Shown: positions 1 to 9,472 of the stretch, in pieces | Numbering within the stretch: position 1 is the stretch's first letter | Layout: every line of letters starts with the position of its first letter | DNA from: a bacterium | Lineage (GTDB): Bacteria > UBA8248 | DNA: 64,000 bases | NCBI GenBank assembly: GCA_963692865.2 | Contig: OY843592.1 | Coordinates: forward strand, 2,336,001-2,400,000 | Direction of reading: 5' to 3' | The notes under the pieces: model-generated | What the model saw: only the letters and a program-made list of their open reading frames with translations | Databases searched by the model: none | Told to the model about the DNA's origin: nothing | Translations under genes and position numbers: made by a program

Positions 1-259
1 ACTATAATTTACAATTAGACTTGCTAGTAAGGAGAAGTCAATGACGTTATTACCAGTGCATATTTTTCTTGCCAGTATTGTGGAGCGAAGAAGTGCCGTA
101 GAGCTGGCGACCCCGCACGAACATATTCTCATCAAGACTTCGTCGGCACGTTTTGAGCGACATTGGTTTAATTTCTCTGGCTAGGCCGGTTAGCCGGTGT
201 CTAAAGCGTTTTCTTAGAGTTTGTCTGAATTTTCCTGCATTCGAAGGCTGGATACTATA

Positions 260-973
260 ATGGAAGCTTTTTGTAAGCGAATGGATTTAAACTATGAGAT
301 CGAATTCTCAGCGATATCTTTTGATTTGCCGGAACGCGGATTGGCGCTATTGAAGTCCATCCATGCCAACATCAATCCGCAATTCTCGATTGCTGCGACC
401 GACATGCATGTCTTTGGAGGGAATTCGCTTTCAGACATTCGCGTACGTGTTTCTATGTTCAACAGAAACGCACAGATTGAAATTACGACGGACAGATGTA
501 CAATCAGTTTTCTTAACTTGCTAAATGATGACCACTTGACGATATGCAAAATTTGCATTTCGTTGATAGAGAAGGCTCTTAAGGATGTATTGACGAATGT
601 TCAATTTGACGCTGCGATCATCAAACCAATCTTATATCTTGAGCTCGGCAGGGGAGAAAGCAGTGCGAGTAGTTATCTAACAAGTCTCACACCCCCTAAC
701 AGTCGGAGCAGCTTAGATGAAATTGGCAATGTCACCGTTCATCCTGGCATAAACATCGAAGTGGATAACGAAGAGGAAAAGTGGAATGTGATCTTGAATG
801 CGTTTCGGGATCGCGCAGAGGATTCGTCGCTTATAGTTTCTTGTCACGCACTATATAGTGAGAAAGGAGAAATTCATGGCTTGGATAGTCGGAGTGAACA
901 TCTGAAGCGTTTGATTAATGTCTTTCTCAACAATATCGGCCTGGATGTTTCAGGCTTTATATCGGAAGTGTAG
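260..973 (+). CDS. Hypothetical protein, first gene of the RES/Xre operon (weak resemblance to TIGR04255-type beta/alpha proteins)
   Basis: Long ORF in AT-richer DNA; ATG at 260 preferred to TTG 221; stop lies 2 bp before the antitoxin ATG. Family resemblance is by pattern only. Confidence 0.7.
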   Translation: MEAFCKRMDLNYEIEFSAISFDLPERGLALLKSIHANINPQFSIAATDMHVFGGNSLSDIRVRVSMFNRNAQIEITTDRCTISFLNLLNDDHLTICKICISLIEKALKDVLTNVQFDAAIIKPILYLELGRGESSASSYLTSLTPPNSRSSLDEIGNVTVHPGINIEVDNEEEKWNVILNAFRDRAEDSSLIVSCHALYSEKGEIHGLDSRSEHLKRLINVFLNNIGLDVSGFISEV

Positions 974-975
974 CC

Positions 976-1623
976 ATGCAAATGACAAAATTTGGATATG
1001 ATGAAAGTGACGTGTCGACTCCGATGACTCCTCTCGACTTCAATCAATCCCCTTTTGTTTTATGGCAAAGTACGGGATGCAGCCCAATAAATCACCTAAA
1101 AGGGTATCAGTCGGGGCAATCGTTATTCGAGCACAATCCGTTTGGTGGTGAGGATTGGGTATTCCGTAGAGCACCGGTTCAGAGAGAAATAGACTGGATT
1201 AATAGTTTGCCACATGGTGAGACGGTGGTCCAAACCATGGGCACAGTTTATCTAACACCGTTTGGGGGTCGATTAACGGGCCCTATACATTTCTTCGGAA
1301 ATCTCTTGGAGACTTGGAAGTTGAATCGGGATGATGCTGTGCCCTTGCTGGGTTTCGAGAAGACCGACCGGCTATACGTCGAGCATCTGTTGAACGGCCA
1401 TGCTGTCCTTTCGGGTCGTGATGCAAAGGATAGGATTGCTTATCTTTTCGAAATTCGAAGAACGCTTGCTGCGTTATTTTTGGATGAAGATGTCGAAAAC
1501 GCGTGGCTTCGGGAAGCGCACACGATGCTGAATGATCAAGTTCCAATGGAGTTGTTGCTGGAAGGTACCATGGAGAACATTCTGCTTGTCAGGGATTTCG
1601 TGGATGTGGCGGCGGGTCGGTAG
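976..1623 (+). CDS. Xre/MbcA/ParS-family antitoxin (DUF2384 C-terminal domain) with a long N-terminal extension
   Basis: HTH-like FFGNLLETWKLNRDDAVPLLG and C-terminal LFLDEDVENAWLREAHTMLNDQVPMELL...VRDFVD; lies directly upstream of a RES gene. Confidence 0.88.
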   Translation: MQMTKFGYDESDVSTPMTPLDFNQSPFVLWQSTGCSPINHLKGYQSGQSLFEHNPFGGEDWVFRRAPVQREIDWINSLPHGETVVQTMGTVYLTPFGGRLTGPIHFFGNLLETWKLNRDDAVPLLGFEKTDRLYVEHLLNGHAVLSGRDAKDRIAYLFEIRRTLAALFLDEDVENAWLREAHTMLNDQVPMELLLEGTMENILLVRDFVDVAAGR

Positions 1624-1625
1624 TT

Positions 1626-2258
1626 GTGCTTGGGTCCGTACTAACCGAAAGAAATCAGCATAAGCTATATCGTTTGGCTAACCAGCTACCAATTATGGAC
1701 TTCCTGGAAGAGCAGGGTCTTGAAGGTGAAAGCGTGCAGGAAATGCAGGACTTGCTTCATGCACGAGGCATCGTTGACTCTCCCGATGAACTTTGCGAAG
1801 TGCCGTTCAGAGTAAAAACGAGGTTGAATAAGGATGGGCGTTACATAACGCGTTTCTCGGACAGCTCCTTTCCTGTTTTTTACAGCGCTTTGGAAATGGA
1901 AACTGCTGAAGCGGAAACTTGCCATTGGTTTCGCAAATTTGTAGGAAACCCCAACAGGCCGAGAACTGGATACTATTTATGTTTTAGCTGTGATTTTGAT
2001 GGATTAGTAAAAGATTTGAGATCCAAACACATGGAATGGGTAGAACTCACGGATGAAGATTATGAATTTTGCAATAAATTGGGTGCCGAAGCGGTTCAAC
2101 TCGATCTGGATGCGTTACTAAGCCCGTCGGCCCGTAAGGCGGACGGAACATGTGTTCCGGTGTTTACAAGAACGTCGATTAGCAATCCGCAGGTAGTAAC
2201 GCATGTTGCCGTAACTTATGATCCTTCCACTGACAACGTGCAGATGAAGGTCGTGTAG
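1626..2258 (+). CDS. RES-domain toxin (MbcT/ParT-like)
   Basis: TRFSDSSFPVFYSALEMETAEAE and LLSPSAR carry the R, Y, E and S of RES domains; GTG start 2 bp after the antitoxin stop. Confidence 0.9.
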   Translation: MLGSVLTERNQHKLYRLANQLPIMDFLEEQGLEGESVQEMQDLLHARGIVDSPDELCEVPFRVKTRLNKDGRYITRFSDSSFPVFYSALEMETAEAETCHWFRKFVGNPNRPRTGYYLCFSCDFDGLVKDLRSKHMEWVELTDEDYEFCNKLGAEAVQLDLDALLSPSARKADGTCVPVFTRTSISNPQVVTHVAVTYDPSTDNVQMKVV

Positions 2259-2483
2259 AAGCCGTTTGACAAATAAAGGAAACCGGCGTGGAACCAAGAT
2301 AAAGCATGCCGCAGAATGTGGAATACAAAAGAAGAGCGGGAGATTAATACTGCCACAAGATAAGCGCGGGAATATTCAGGAACGCAAAGGAACTCAGATT
2401 AATCTGATTGACCTCTTTAAACTTTCTATGGTTTGTTTGAGTCGATTGCTGCCGTTGCTCAAAGCTAAAGGGGGGAAGGGGAA

Positions 2484-3260
2484 TCATTCCTTCTCCTGAA
2501 TGTAGTCTCGGATTGTAGCAATAATTTGGGTTGGCTCAATCTGGATGTGTGAATATTCAGTTTCCCTTCTCCATCCTATATTCCAGGTAATGATTCCTGG
2601 GGTGTAGCCTATCCCATTGATAAATGGTTCGCGATTAACGGTATTTTCACTTGGATCGATCTGGGTGCTTTTCTGACTGAAATATTTGCTCCAAATTATT
2701 TCGGCTAGATCCGGCCATGTCTCAATGTTTCGCAGGATTTCTTCTATATCTCGGCACCCAGGAATTTCTGCAGTCCATGGTTTTTTCGGAATGTTGCTGC
2801 CGGTTATTTCGAGCAATGATTTTTCAGCCAAAGCACTAGCCACTAAACCTATATCTTCACGCGCCAAAACAAGCCGTTCTAGTTGCCGCAAAAAAGTGCC
2901 TCGATCAACAATTACCCTTTCGCTCGAATCATTTATTACGTCAAGATTTGTTTCATTGAAATCAAGGTAAAATATATGAACTATCATTCCTAGAAGTCGT
3001 TTTAAGTGTATGTTTCTTTGCTGATTCATTCCGTCGGACACAGGAATACTCCATCCTCGCAAATGAGACGGGAGAAGCTCTCCGCTTGGATCAGCCATAT
3101 GGATTGTTGTAATGATATCTCGTGCAGGAAGCATGAGGTGCGTAAATTGGTATGCCCTGGATGTGCTCAAGGAGTCACCATGCAAGGGCAGGGATACAAT
3201 AAGATTTTGAATTTCAGGCAAGTTGCCTTTTAGAATTTCTACTTGATTGGTCAAACGCAT
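2484..3260 (-). CDS. Hypothetical protein
   Basis: 258-aa ORF with strong SD (TAAGGAGG), 22 bp downstream of the NDT-like gene; no recognisable motif. Confidence 0.7.
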   Translation of the reverse strand: MRLTNQVEILKGNLPEIQNLIVSLPLHGDSLSTSRAYQFTHLMLPARDIITTIHMADPSGELLPSHLRGWSIPVSDGMNQQRNIHLKRLLGMIVHIFYLDFNETNLDVINDSSERVIVDRGTFLRQLERLVLAREDIGLVASALAEKSLLEITGSNIPKKPWTAEIPGCRDIEEILRNIETWPDLAEIIWSKYFSQKSTQIDPSENTVNREPFINGIGYTPGIITWNIGWRRETEYSHIQIEPTQIIATIRDYIQEKE

Positions 3261-3282
3261 CTATTTCACGTCCTCCTTATCC

Positions 3283-4320
3283 CTATGTTTTTCTCGGGAT
3301 GTTGGTGTCACCTGCAATACGATCCGCAAGCCTTTTGCGCAAATCTTCCGGATCCTTCCAATCAATATGATTGTACTGACGGGTGTCGAAATGGACGTGC
3401 TTCAACTTATCTTTTTGGCAAGTGAATATCACGGGAATGTTCAATCCGTGCGCAAAGCCGGCTTCGTAATAAACTCCGCCTCGCCCTCCTCTTTCCCCTT
3501 CGTCCGTAAAGTCCGCAACCAAAAACCGGGAGCGCCTGATTTGCGCGATTATTTCATCGTCAATCTTGTTTGAAAATTCTTTGCGGTCTATCCGAAGTGC
3601 CTTATATCCAGCGTCTTCAATTCCCGGTTCAAAGCCTTTATCGAAGACCTCTTTGGTGGAAGGATCAAACCACATCGCCACAAAGGCTTGTTCTGAATCC
3701 ACGATCACTTTCTTGAGCTCATCGAGGTGAGCATATCCCTTTACTGATATGATGAATTTATCGGTCTGCCCTCCGGGATTCTCTTTCTTGAGCCAGCCTT
3801 GCGATTCCAGGTAATCCAATAAATATGAAACCTCAGTCGTGTTGATGGATTCGGACTGCGCCAATGCTTCTATTTCTTGAGCGTTATAGCCTGTGGGTGT
3901 AGCGGAAAAAGGAATGTGCGCGGCTTTTCCGATGTGCGGGGTTTCTCTCTCGACGTACTGGAGAAGTTTATCCGCGCGTCCTGAGATCGACATGTCCGGT
4001 TGACGTTCTATATGCTTAATCACTTCCTTTGTTAACATCGGATGCTCATTACCATTTTGTCGCTGCTCGATCAGCCAAGTGGTCAGGCGGGCTTTCAGGC
4101 GATCAATACTTCTGGGTTTTCCTGTGAAGCCATCCTTGGATGATTCTGGATTCATATTTTCTTCAGTTGCGTATTCACCTTCCTTGTATTCCAGAAAAAA
4201 TTGAGCATTACGGGGGATGACATAATACCCACCGGCACGCTCTGAATTTACTATAACTTGATAGCCTTGAAAGGGCTCAACTCTTGCTGGGGACCCCCAT
4301 ATAGGGCATTTATCGTTCAT
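3283..4320 (-). CDS. Winged-helix-like + nucleoside 2-deoxyribosyltransferase/TIR-like domain protein
   Basis: C-terminal AFVAMWF...IDDEIIAQIRRSRFLVADFT...RGGVYYEAGFAHGLNIPVIFTC...HFDTRQYNHI; EVSYLLDYLESQGWL...ISVKGY is wHTH-like; ATG 4320 follows GGAGG. Confidence 0.8.
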   Translation of the reverse strand: MNDKCPIWGSPARVEPFQGYQVIVNSERAGGYYVIPRNAQFFLEYKEGEYATEENMNPESSKDGFTGKPRSIDRLKARLTTWLIEQRQNGNEHPMLTKEVIKHIERQPDMSISGRADKLLQYVERETPHIGKAAHIPFSATPTGYNAQEIEALAQSESINTTEVSYLLDYLESQGWLKKENPGGQTDKFIISVKGYAHLDELKKVIVDSEQAFVAMWFDPSTKEVFDKGFEPGIEDAGYKALRIDRKEFSNKIDDEIIAQIRRSRFLVADFTDEGERGGRGGVYYEAGFAHGLNIPVIFTCQKDKLKHVHFDTRQYNHIDWKDPEDLRKRLADRIAGDTNIPRKT

Positions 4321-4530
4321 TAGGACCTCCACTCCCAAGATAGTCTTCCGTCTCTATCCTGAATGTCCGACAGGTCGGCTTGCGGCGTGTGTTTTTTATT
4401 TGCCGGGCGATGCGGTATCTCTACACCCTAGAAGATTACGGCCTCACGCCGAAGAGGGTCAACACCACATTTGTACGCTATCGGGATTTCATCACCAGCC
4501 GCGGGATTCGGGTCGTCGCGACATTAAATC

Positions 4531-4728
4531 AAGCGCTACAGCATGACTACCGCGCTCATCGAGACACTCCGCTACACCGACGCCGTCTACAAAGAATCAG
4601 GCTGGAACCACATCGGAACCACATAGGGACGCGGACGCTTCGACAGGATTAAACGCTTCAACAAGCCCAAGAAGGACGTCTGGCTACAACCGCTGCGCAG
4701 AAACCGGAGGCAACTCCTCAACCGCTGA
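4531..4728 (+). pseudogene. C-terminal relic of a DUF4338 (DruA-like) gene
   Basis: Manual translation KRYSMTTALIETLRYTDAVYKESGWNHIGTT*GRGRFDRIKRFNKPKKDVWLQPLRRNRRQLLNR*; internal TAG at 4624; no 5' part. Confidence 0.7.
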
Positions 4729-4799
4729 AACATTCGCCAACACCCCGCGACTGAACGAATAGAAGACACGTAACCGTTCAGGCAAGTCGGGATAGAGAT

Positions 4800-5421
4800 A
4801 CCGTCCGCCCACAGATACGCGAACTCCTCGCCACCCCGGTCCCGCTCGCGCCACTGCGCGTACTCGCGCTCCCAGCCGTCCTTGAGCCGCGCGACGCTCG
4901 CCGGGGACAATCCCTTCACCGACTCGCCGAACAGCGCCGTGAGCGCTTCACCAAAGTCGTTCGTCGATACCCCCTTCAGGTACAGCCACGGAATCACCGC
5001 CTCCTTACGCCTCATCTTCTTCAGATACGACGGCAAAAGCTCCGAGAGGAAGCCCCGGCCCGCCCCCGACCCCTCCCGCGTCCGCGGAACCCGGGCCCAC
5101 ACCCGTCAACACCTCCCGCGACGGCAGGCAACCGCCCGGAACCACCGCGCGTCGACCTTGCGCGTCACGGTCGGCCGCATACCCTTCCGGAATGGCCTCC
5201 GACTCCGCTTCCACCGCCTGGCGGATGATTCGCTGCGCGCCCTCGCGCGCCGGTTCGCTCGACCCGTCGCGCAGGACTGGATTCGTAAAGGGAATCGTCG
5301 TATCTTCTCCCGTGGCGCCGCATCTCCCGTGTGCTGAATGACCGGGCTTTGGACAACCCTGTTTCAGCGGGATGCGCCGCCTTCTTCAATTCAGCTCATA
5401 CGCAACTTCTGAGGGTAACTC
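4800..5421 (-). mobile_element. Degenerate, truncated IS256-family element
   Basis: Frameshifted fragments RDAQGRRAVV..LPSREVLTGVG and LPSYL...IPWLYLKGVSTNDFGEAL...GLSPASVARLK..WEREY...YLWADG; start codon appears decayed to ACG at 5313; probable left end GAGTTACCCTCAGAAGTTGCGTATG at 5421. Confidence 0.85.
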
Positions 5422-5436
5422 GTCGGGGGAGCGCCC

Positions 5437-7182
5437 ATGGATCCAGGCTGCGACCGAATCACCACCGAGGTCATCGCGCACCGCTTCGCCGCCGCGGCCG
5501 ACGAGATGATGGCCACCCTCGTCAAGACCGCGTATTCCCCGAACATCAAGGAGCGGCGTGACTGCTCGGTCGCGATCTTCGACACTGCGGGCAACCTCCT
5601 CGCCCTGACCGCCATCGCCCCCATTCACCTGAGCTCGCTCCTCGGCCTCGTGGAGAACATCACCAGGCGTTACCCCCTCGACCGCTTTCGCCCCGGCGAC
5701 GCCTTCCTCACGAACGATCCGTACGTGGGAGGCGGCTCGCACCTGCCGGACCTGACGCTCGCAAGCCCCGTCTTCTCCGGTGGCCGGCCGGTCGCGTTCG
5801 TCGCCAACATCGCCCACCACGCCGACATCGGCGGCAAGGTGGCGGGGAGCGAGAGCGCCGACTGCACGAGCATCTTCCAGGAAGGGCTGCGAATCCCTCC
5901 CGTCAAGCTGCTGGACGAGGGGGAGCTGTGCGCCGACATGCTCGCGTTCGTGCTTCTCAACACGCGCACCCCGCGCGAGCGCGAGGGCGATCTGCGGGCC
6001 CAGATCGCGACCAACGCCATCGGGGTCCGCCGGGTGCAGGAGTGCTTTGCCCGCTTCGGAGCCGATACCGTGCGCCGGGGCGCGAGTGCGCTCCTCGACT
6101 ACGCCGAATCGCGCACGCGCGCCGAGATTGCGAGGCTGCCGGACGGAACCTACGAGAACGAAGAAGTGCTCGACAACGACGGCGTGGCCGACGGCGTCGT
6201 TCGCCTCCGCGTCAAGATCACCATTCGCGACGATCGCATTCACTTCGACTTCACGGGCACCGACGGGCAGATCGCAGGGGCCCGGAACATGCCGCTCTCG
6301 GCCACCCTGTCCGGCGTCTACTACGCGGTCAAGGCGGTGACGGACCCGGCGCTGCCGCCCAACGCCGGGTACTTCCGCGCCATCGGCGTCACCGCGCCGG
6401 AAGGCACGGTCGTCAATTGCCGCCCCCCCGCCGCCGTCGGGGACCGGAGCGCGACCGGCAACGTGCTCGGCGACCTGCTGCTGGGCGCGCTCGCCGACGC
6501 GGCGCCGGACCGGGTGATGGCCGGCTGCGGTCCGCTCCACGGGCTTATCTTCAGCGGCGTCGACCCGCGCCGGAACGAGTACTTCGTCGACTACGAGACC
6601 TACGCGGGAGCGTCCGGCGCGCTTTCCGCGCTCGACGGAAAAGACGCGGTACGGGTCCACGTTTCGGGCGCGGCCAACCTGCCCATCGAATCCGTGGAGC
6701 AGGAGTTCCCGCTGACCGTCGGCCGCTACGAGCTGATCGCCGACTCGGGAGGCCCCGGACGGCATCGCGGCGGCCTCGCGACGCGCCGCGACGTCACCAT
6801 CTGGGCGGAGCGGGCGAGGCTCGCAGGCCGCGGACTGCGCCAATCCCGAGGCGCGTCCGGGCTGTTTGGCGGAAGTTCGGGGTGTCCCGGCGTCTTCGTT
6901 CTGGACCCGGGCGGAAACCGCGAGACGAAGCTTCCGGGCTCGTTCTCGGAGCTCGAGGTGGACGCGGGAACCACGGTCCGGGTCGACACCCCGTCCGGCG
7001 CCGGCTTCGGCGACCCGTGGGAACGCGTTCCGGAGAGGGTGCGCGACGACGTGGCCGCCGGCAAGGTGACCGCACCTGCGGCGGAGCAGAGCTACGGCGT
7101 CGCGCTCGTCCGCGGAAGCGTGGACGCCTCCCGGACAGCGGCCTTGCGGGAGGCCCGCCAGGATTCGAACCATGGAGCCTGA
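5437..7182 (+). CDS. Hydantoinase B / 5-oxoprolinase family protein
   Basis: KTAYSPNIKERRDCS, NDPYVGGGSHLPD, AHHADIGG, IFQEGLRIPPVKL, DSGGPGRHRGG, GAGFGDP motifs. Confidence 0.95.
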   Translation: MDPGCDRITTEVIAHRFAAAADEMMATLVKTAYSPNIKERRDCSVAIFDTAGNLLALTAIAPIHLSSLLGLVENITRRYPLDRFRPGDAFLTNDPYVGGGSHLPDLTLASPVFSGGRPVAFVANIAHHADIGGKVAGSESADCTSIFQEGLRIPPVKLLDEGELCADMLAFVLLNTRTPREREGDLRAQIATNAIGVRRVQECFARFGADTVRRGASALLDYAESRTRAEIARLPDGTYENEEVLDNDGVADGVVRLRVKITIRDDRIHFDFTGTDGQIAGARNMPLSATLSGVYYAVKAVTDPALPPNAGYFRAIGVTAPEGTVVNCRPPAAVGDRSATGNVLGDLLLGALADAAPDRVMAGCGPLHGLIFSGVDPRRNEYFVDYETYAGASGALSALDGKDAVRVHVSGAANLPIESVEQEFPLTVGRYELIADSGGPGRHRGGLATRRDVTIWAERARLAGRGLRQSRGASGLFGGSSGCPGVFVLDPGGNRETKLPGSFSELEVDAGTTVRVDTPSGAGFGDPWERVPERVRDDVAAGKVTAPAAEQSYGVALVRGSVDASRTAALREARQDSNHGA

Positions 7183-9274
7183 GCGTTACGTCCTCGGCGT
7201 CGACGTCGGCGGGACGTTCACCGACTTCGCGCTCGTCCGCCTCTCGGACGGCAAGACGTGGTTTCTGAAGACGCCCTCGACCCCGGACGACCCGTCCCGG
7301 GCGATTGCGGCCGGCATTCCGGAGCTGTTGGACTGCGCAGCCGCCGGCGCCGGGAACGTCCGCTACTTCGGCCACGGAACGACGGTCGCCACCAACGCGC
7401 TCATCACGGGGGACACGGCGGTCACGGGCCTCATCACCACGGAAGGGTTTCGCGACATCCTGGAGATCCGCCGCCAGCGCCAACCCCACAACTACGACAT
7501 TCGGATGCCGAAGCCCCCGCCCCTCGTCGCGCGCCGCCTCCGGCGCGAGATCGAGGAGCGCACCTATCTCCTCGGGTCTTCCGACGTGCCGCCGGATCTC
7601 GAAGCGCTCGATGGAATCCTCGACGACTTCCGCCGCGAAGGCGTGGAGGCGGTGGCCGTCTGCTTCCTGCACAGCTACCACAATCCGGCCCACGAGGCCG
7701 CCGTCGCGGCCGCGGTGCGCGAGCGCCTTCCCGGTGCGTTCACCTGCGCATCCCACGAAGTCGTGGCCGAGTTCCGCGAGTACGAGAGGACCACGACCAC
7801 CGTGCTGAACGCATCGCTGGGCCCGGTCGTGAGCCGCTATCTCGAGCGCCTCGGGGAACGGTCCCGCGCCCTGGGCATCGTGGACCCGAAGATCCTCCAG
7901 TCCCACGGCGGCGTCGCCTCGCTTCGGGATGCGGGTGCGATGGCGGGCCGCTGCCTCATGTCGGGGCCGGCGGCGGGAGTCACCGGCGCGGGCTTTCTCG
8001 CCGGAAGGGCCGAGTGCCCGGACGTCATCACCTTCGACGTCGGGGGAACGAGCACCGACGTCTGCCTCATCGAAGGCAACCGGCCGCTCATCGCAAAGGA
8101 GCGGGAGGTGCGGGGGCATCCCATCCGCTTCCCGATGGTCGACGTGCATTCGGTGGGCGCCGGAGGGGGCAGCATCGCGCGCGTGGACACGGGCGGCTTC
8201 GTGCACGTGGGACCCCGGAGCGCCGGCGCCGCGCCCGGCCCCGCCTGCTACGGCCTCGGGGGAACCGAGCCCACGGTGACCGACGCCAACGTCGTGCTCG
8301 GCCGCCTTTCCGGCGAGTCCCTGCTGGGCGGCCGCATGAGCCTCCGTCCCGACCTCGCGCACCGCGCAATCGCCGAGAAGGTGGCGGCCCCGATGGGGCT
8401 CGGGGTCGAGGAGGCGGCCGAAGCGGTGCTCACCATCCTCAACGAGAACCTGGTTCAGGCGATACGCGTGATCTCGGTGGAGAAGGGTTTCGATCCGCGG
8501 CGCTTCACCCTGGTGGCGTTCGGGGGGGCGGGGCCTCTCCTCGCCTCCGCGCTCGCCCGCGAGCTGGGCATGACCCGGGTCATGGTGCCGCCCGGACCGG
8601 GTCTCCTGTGCGCGCTCGGGCTCCTCGTCGCCGACGTGCGCTCGGATTTCAGCTTGACGCGGATCGCCGATCTCGAGGAAACCGGCGCCGCCGGCATCAA
8701 CGTCACCTTCACGGAGGTCGGAGGGCGAGCGCTCGAATGGTTCGAGCGGGAGGGGGTGGAGTCCGGCGAGCGCACGGTGCAACGCGCCATCGACATGCGC
8801 TACGTCGGACAGAGCCACGAGATCACGGTGGCGGTTCAGGAGCGGGAATTCGCCGACCACGACCTCTCGGCGCTGGTCGACGCTTTCCGGCGCGAGCACG
8901 AAAGAGTGTACGGCTATGCGCCGGACGCGCCGGTTCAACTGGTCACCTTTCGCGTCACCGCCCTCGCCCGGGTGACGGCGCCCCCGGTCGCGGGCGCCGC
9001 CGGGACGGGCGGCGACCTGCGCGCGGCGGAGCGAGGGAGGCGCCGGGTGCATTTTGCAGAGCTCGGCGGATTCGTCGATTGTCCGATCTACGCCCGGGAG
9101 GGCCTCCCCCGGGGCGCCGATCTCGAAGGCCCCGCGATCCTCGAGCAGATGGACTCGACGACTGTCGTGCTGCCCGGACAGGTCGCCCGCAGCGACGAGC
9201 AGGGCAACCTGAACCTCAAGGTCGCGTCGGCCCCGCACGACGCAGGGAGCGGCGGTAGCGGGGAGCTCGCATGA
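7172..9274 (+). CDS. Hydantoinase A / 5-oxoprolinase family protein
   Basis: GVDVGGTFTD, HGTTVATNA, EFREYERT, SGPAAG, DVGGTSTD, GAGGGSIA, PGPACYG, FGGAGP motifs; overlaps the B-subunit stop. Confidence 0.95.
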   Translation: MEPERYVLGVDVGGTFTDFALVRLSDGKTWFLKTPSTPDDPSRAIAAGIPELLDCAAAGAGNVRYFGHGTTVATNALITGDTAVTGLITTEGFRDILEIRRQRQPHNYDIRMPKPPPLVARRLRREIEERTYLLGSSDVPPDLEALDGILDDFRREGVEAVAVCFLHSYHNPAHEAAVAAAVRERLPGAFTCASHEVVAEFREYERTTTTVLNASLGPVVSRYLERLGERSRALGIVDPKILQSHGGVASLRDAGAMAGRCLMSGPAAGVTGAGFLAGRAECPDVITFDVGGTSTDVCLIEGNRPLIAKEREVRGHPIRFPMVDVHSVGAGGGSIARVDTGGFVHVGPRSAGAAPGPACYGLGGTEPTVTDANVVLGRLSGESLLGGRMSLRPDLAHRAIAEKVAAPMGLGVEEAAEAVLTILNENLVQAIRVISVEKGFDPRRFTLVAFGGAGPLLASALARELGMTRVMVPPGPGLLCALGLLVADVRSDFSLTRIADLEETGAAGINVTFTEVGGRALEWFEREGVESGERTVQRAIDMRYVGQSHEITVAVQEREFADHDLSALVDAFRREHERVYGYAPDAPVQLVTFRVTALARVTAPPVAGAAGTGGDLRAAERGRRRVHFAELGGFVDCPIYAREGLPRGADLEGPAILEQMDSTTVVLPGQVARSDEQGNLNLKVASAPHDAGSGGSGELA

Positions 9275-9298
9275 GGGGGCGAGAGAGACGGAGGGAGC

Positions 9299-9472
9299 AT
9301 GAGCAAGGATTCGGAGCGATTCCAGGTCCGGCTCGACGACGGGGTGGCCGCGCCCGAGGACGCCAGGGTGAGCGTCCTCACCGCCACCTCGCCCGGATGT
9401 GAAGTCGCCGGGCGGGCGCGTCCACCCCATCGGCGATCGACAGGAACCCCCCGGGATACGCAGGCGTTGTAA
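9299..9472 (+). pseudogene. Possible internally deleted class IV (branched-chain-type) aminotransferase relic
   Basis: SD GGAGGGAG then MSKDSERFQVRLDDGVAAPEDARVSVLT, resembling the IlvE N-terminus; another frame gives GRVHPIGD...PGI, resembling the IlvE C-terminus. Confidence 0.4.

Noticed and set aside
2266-2499. 77-aa ORF after the RES gene
   Set aside because: TTG start without SD, overlaps the convergent gene end, no motif.
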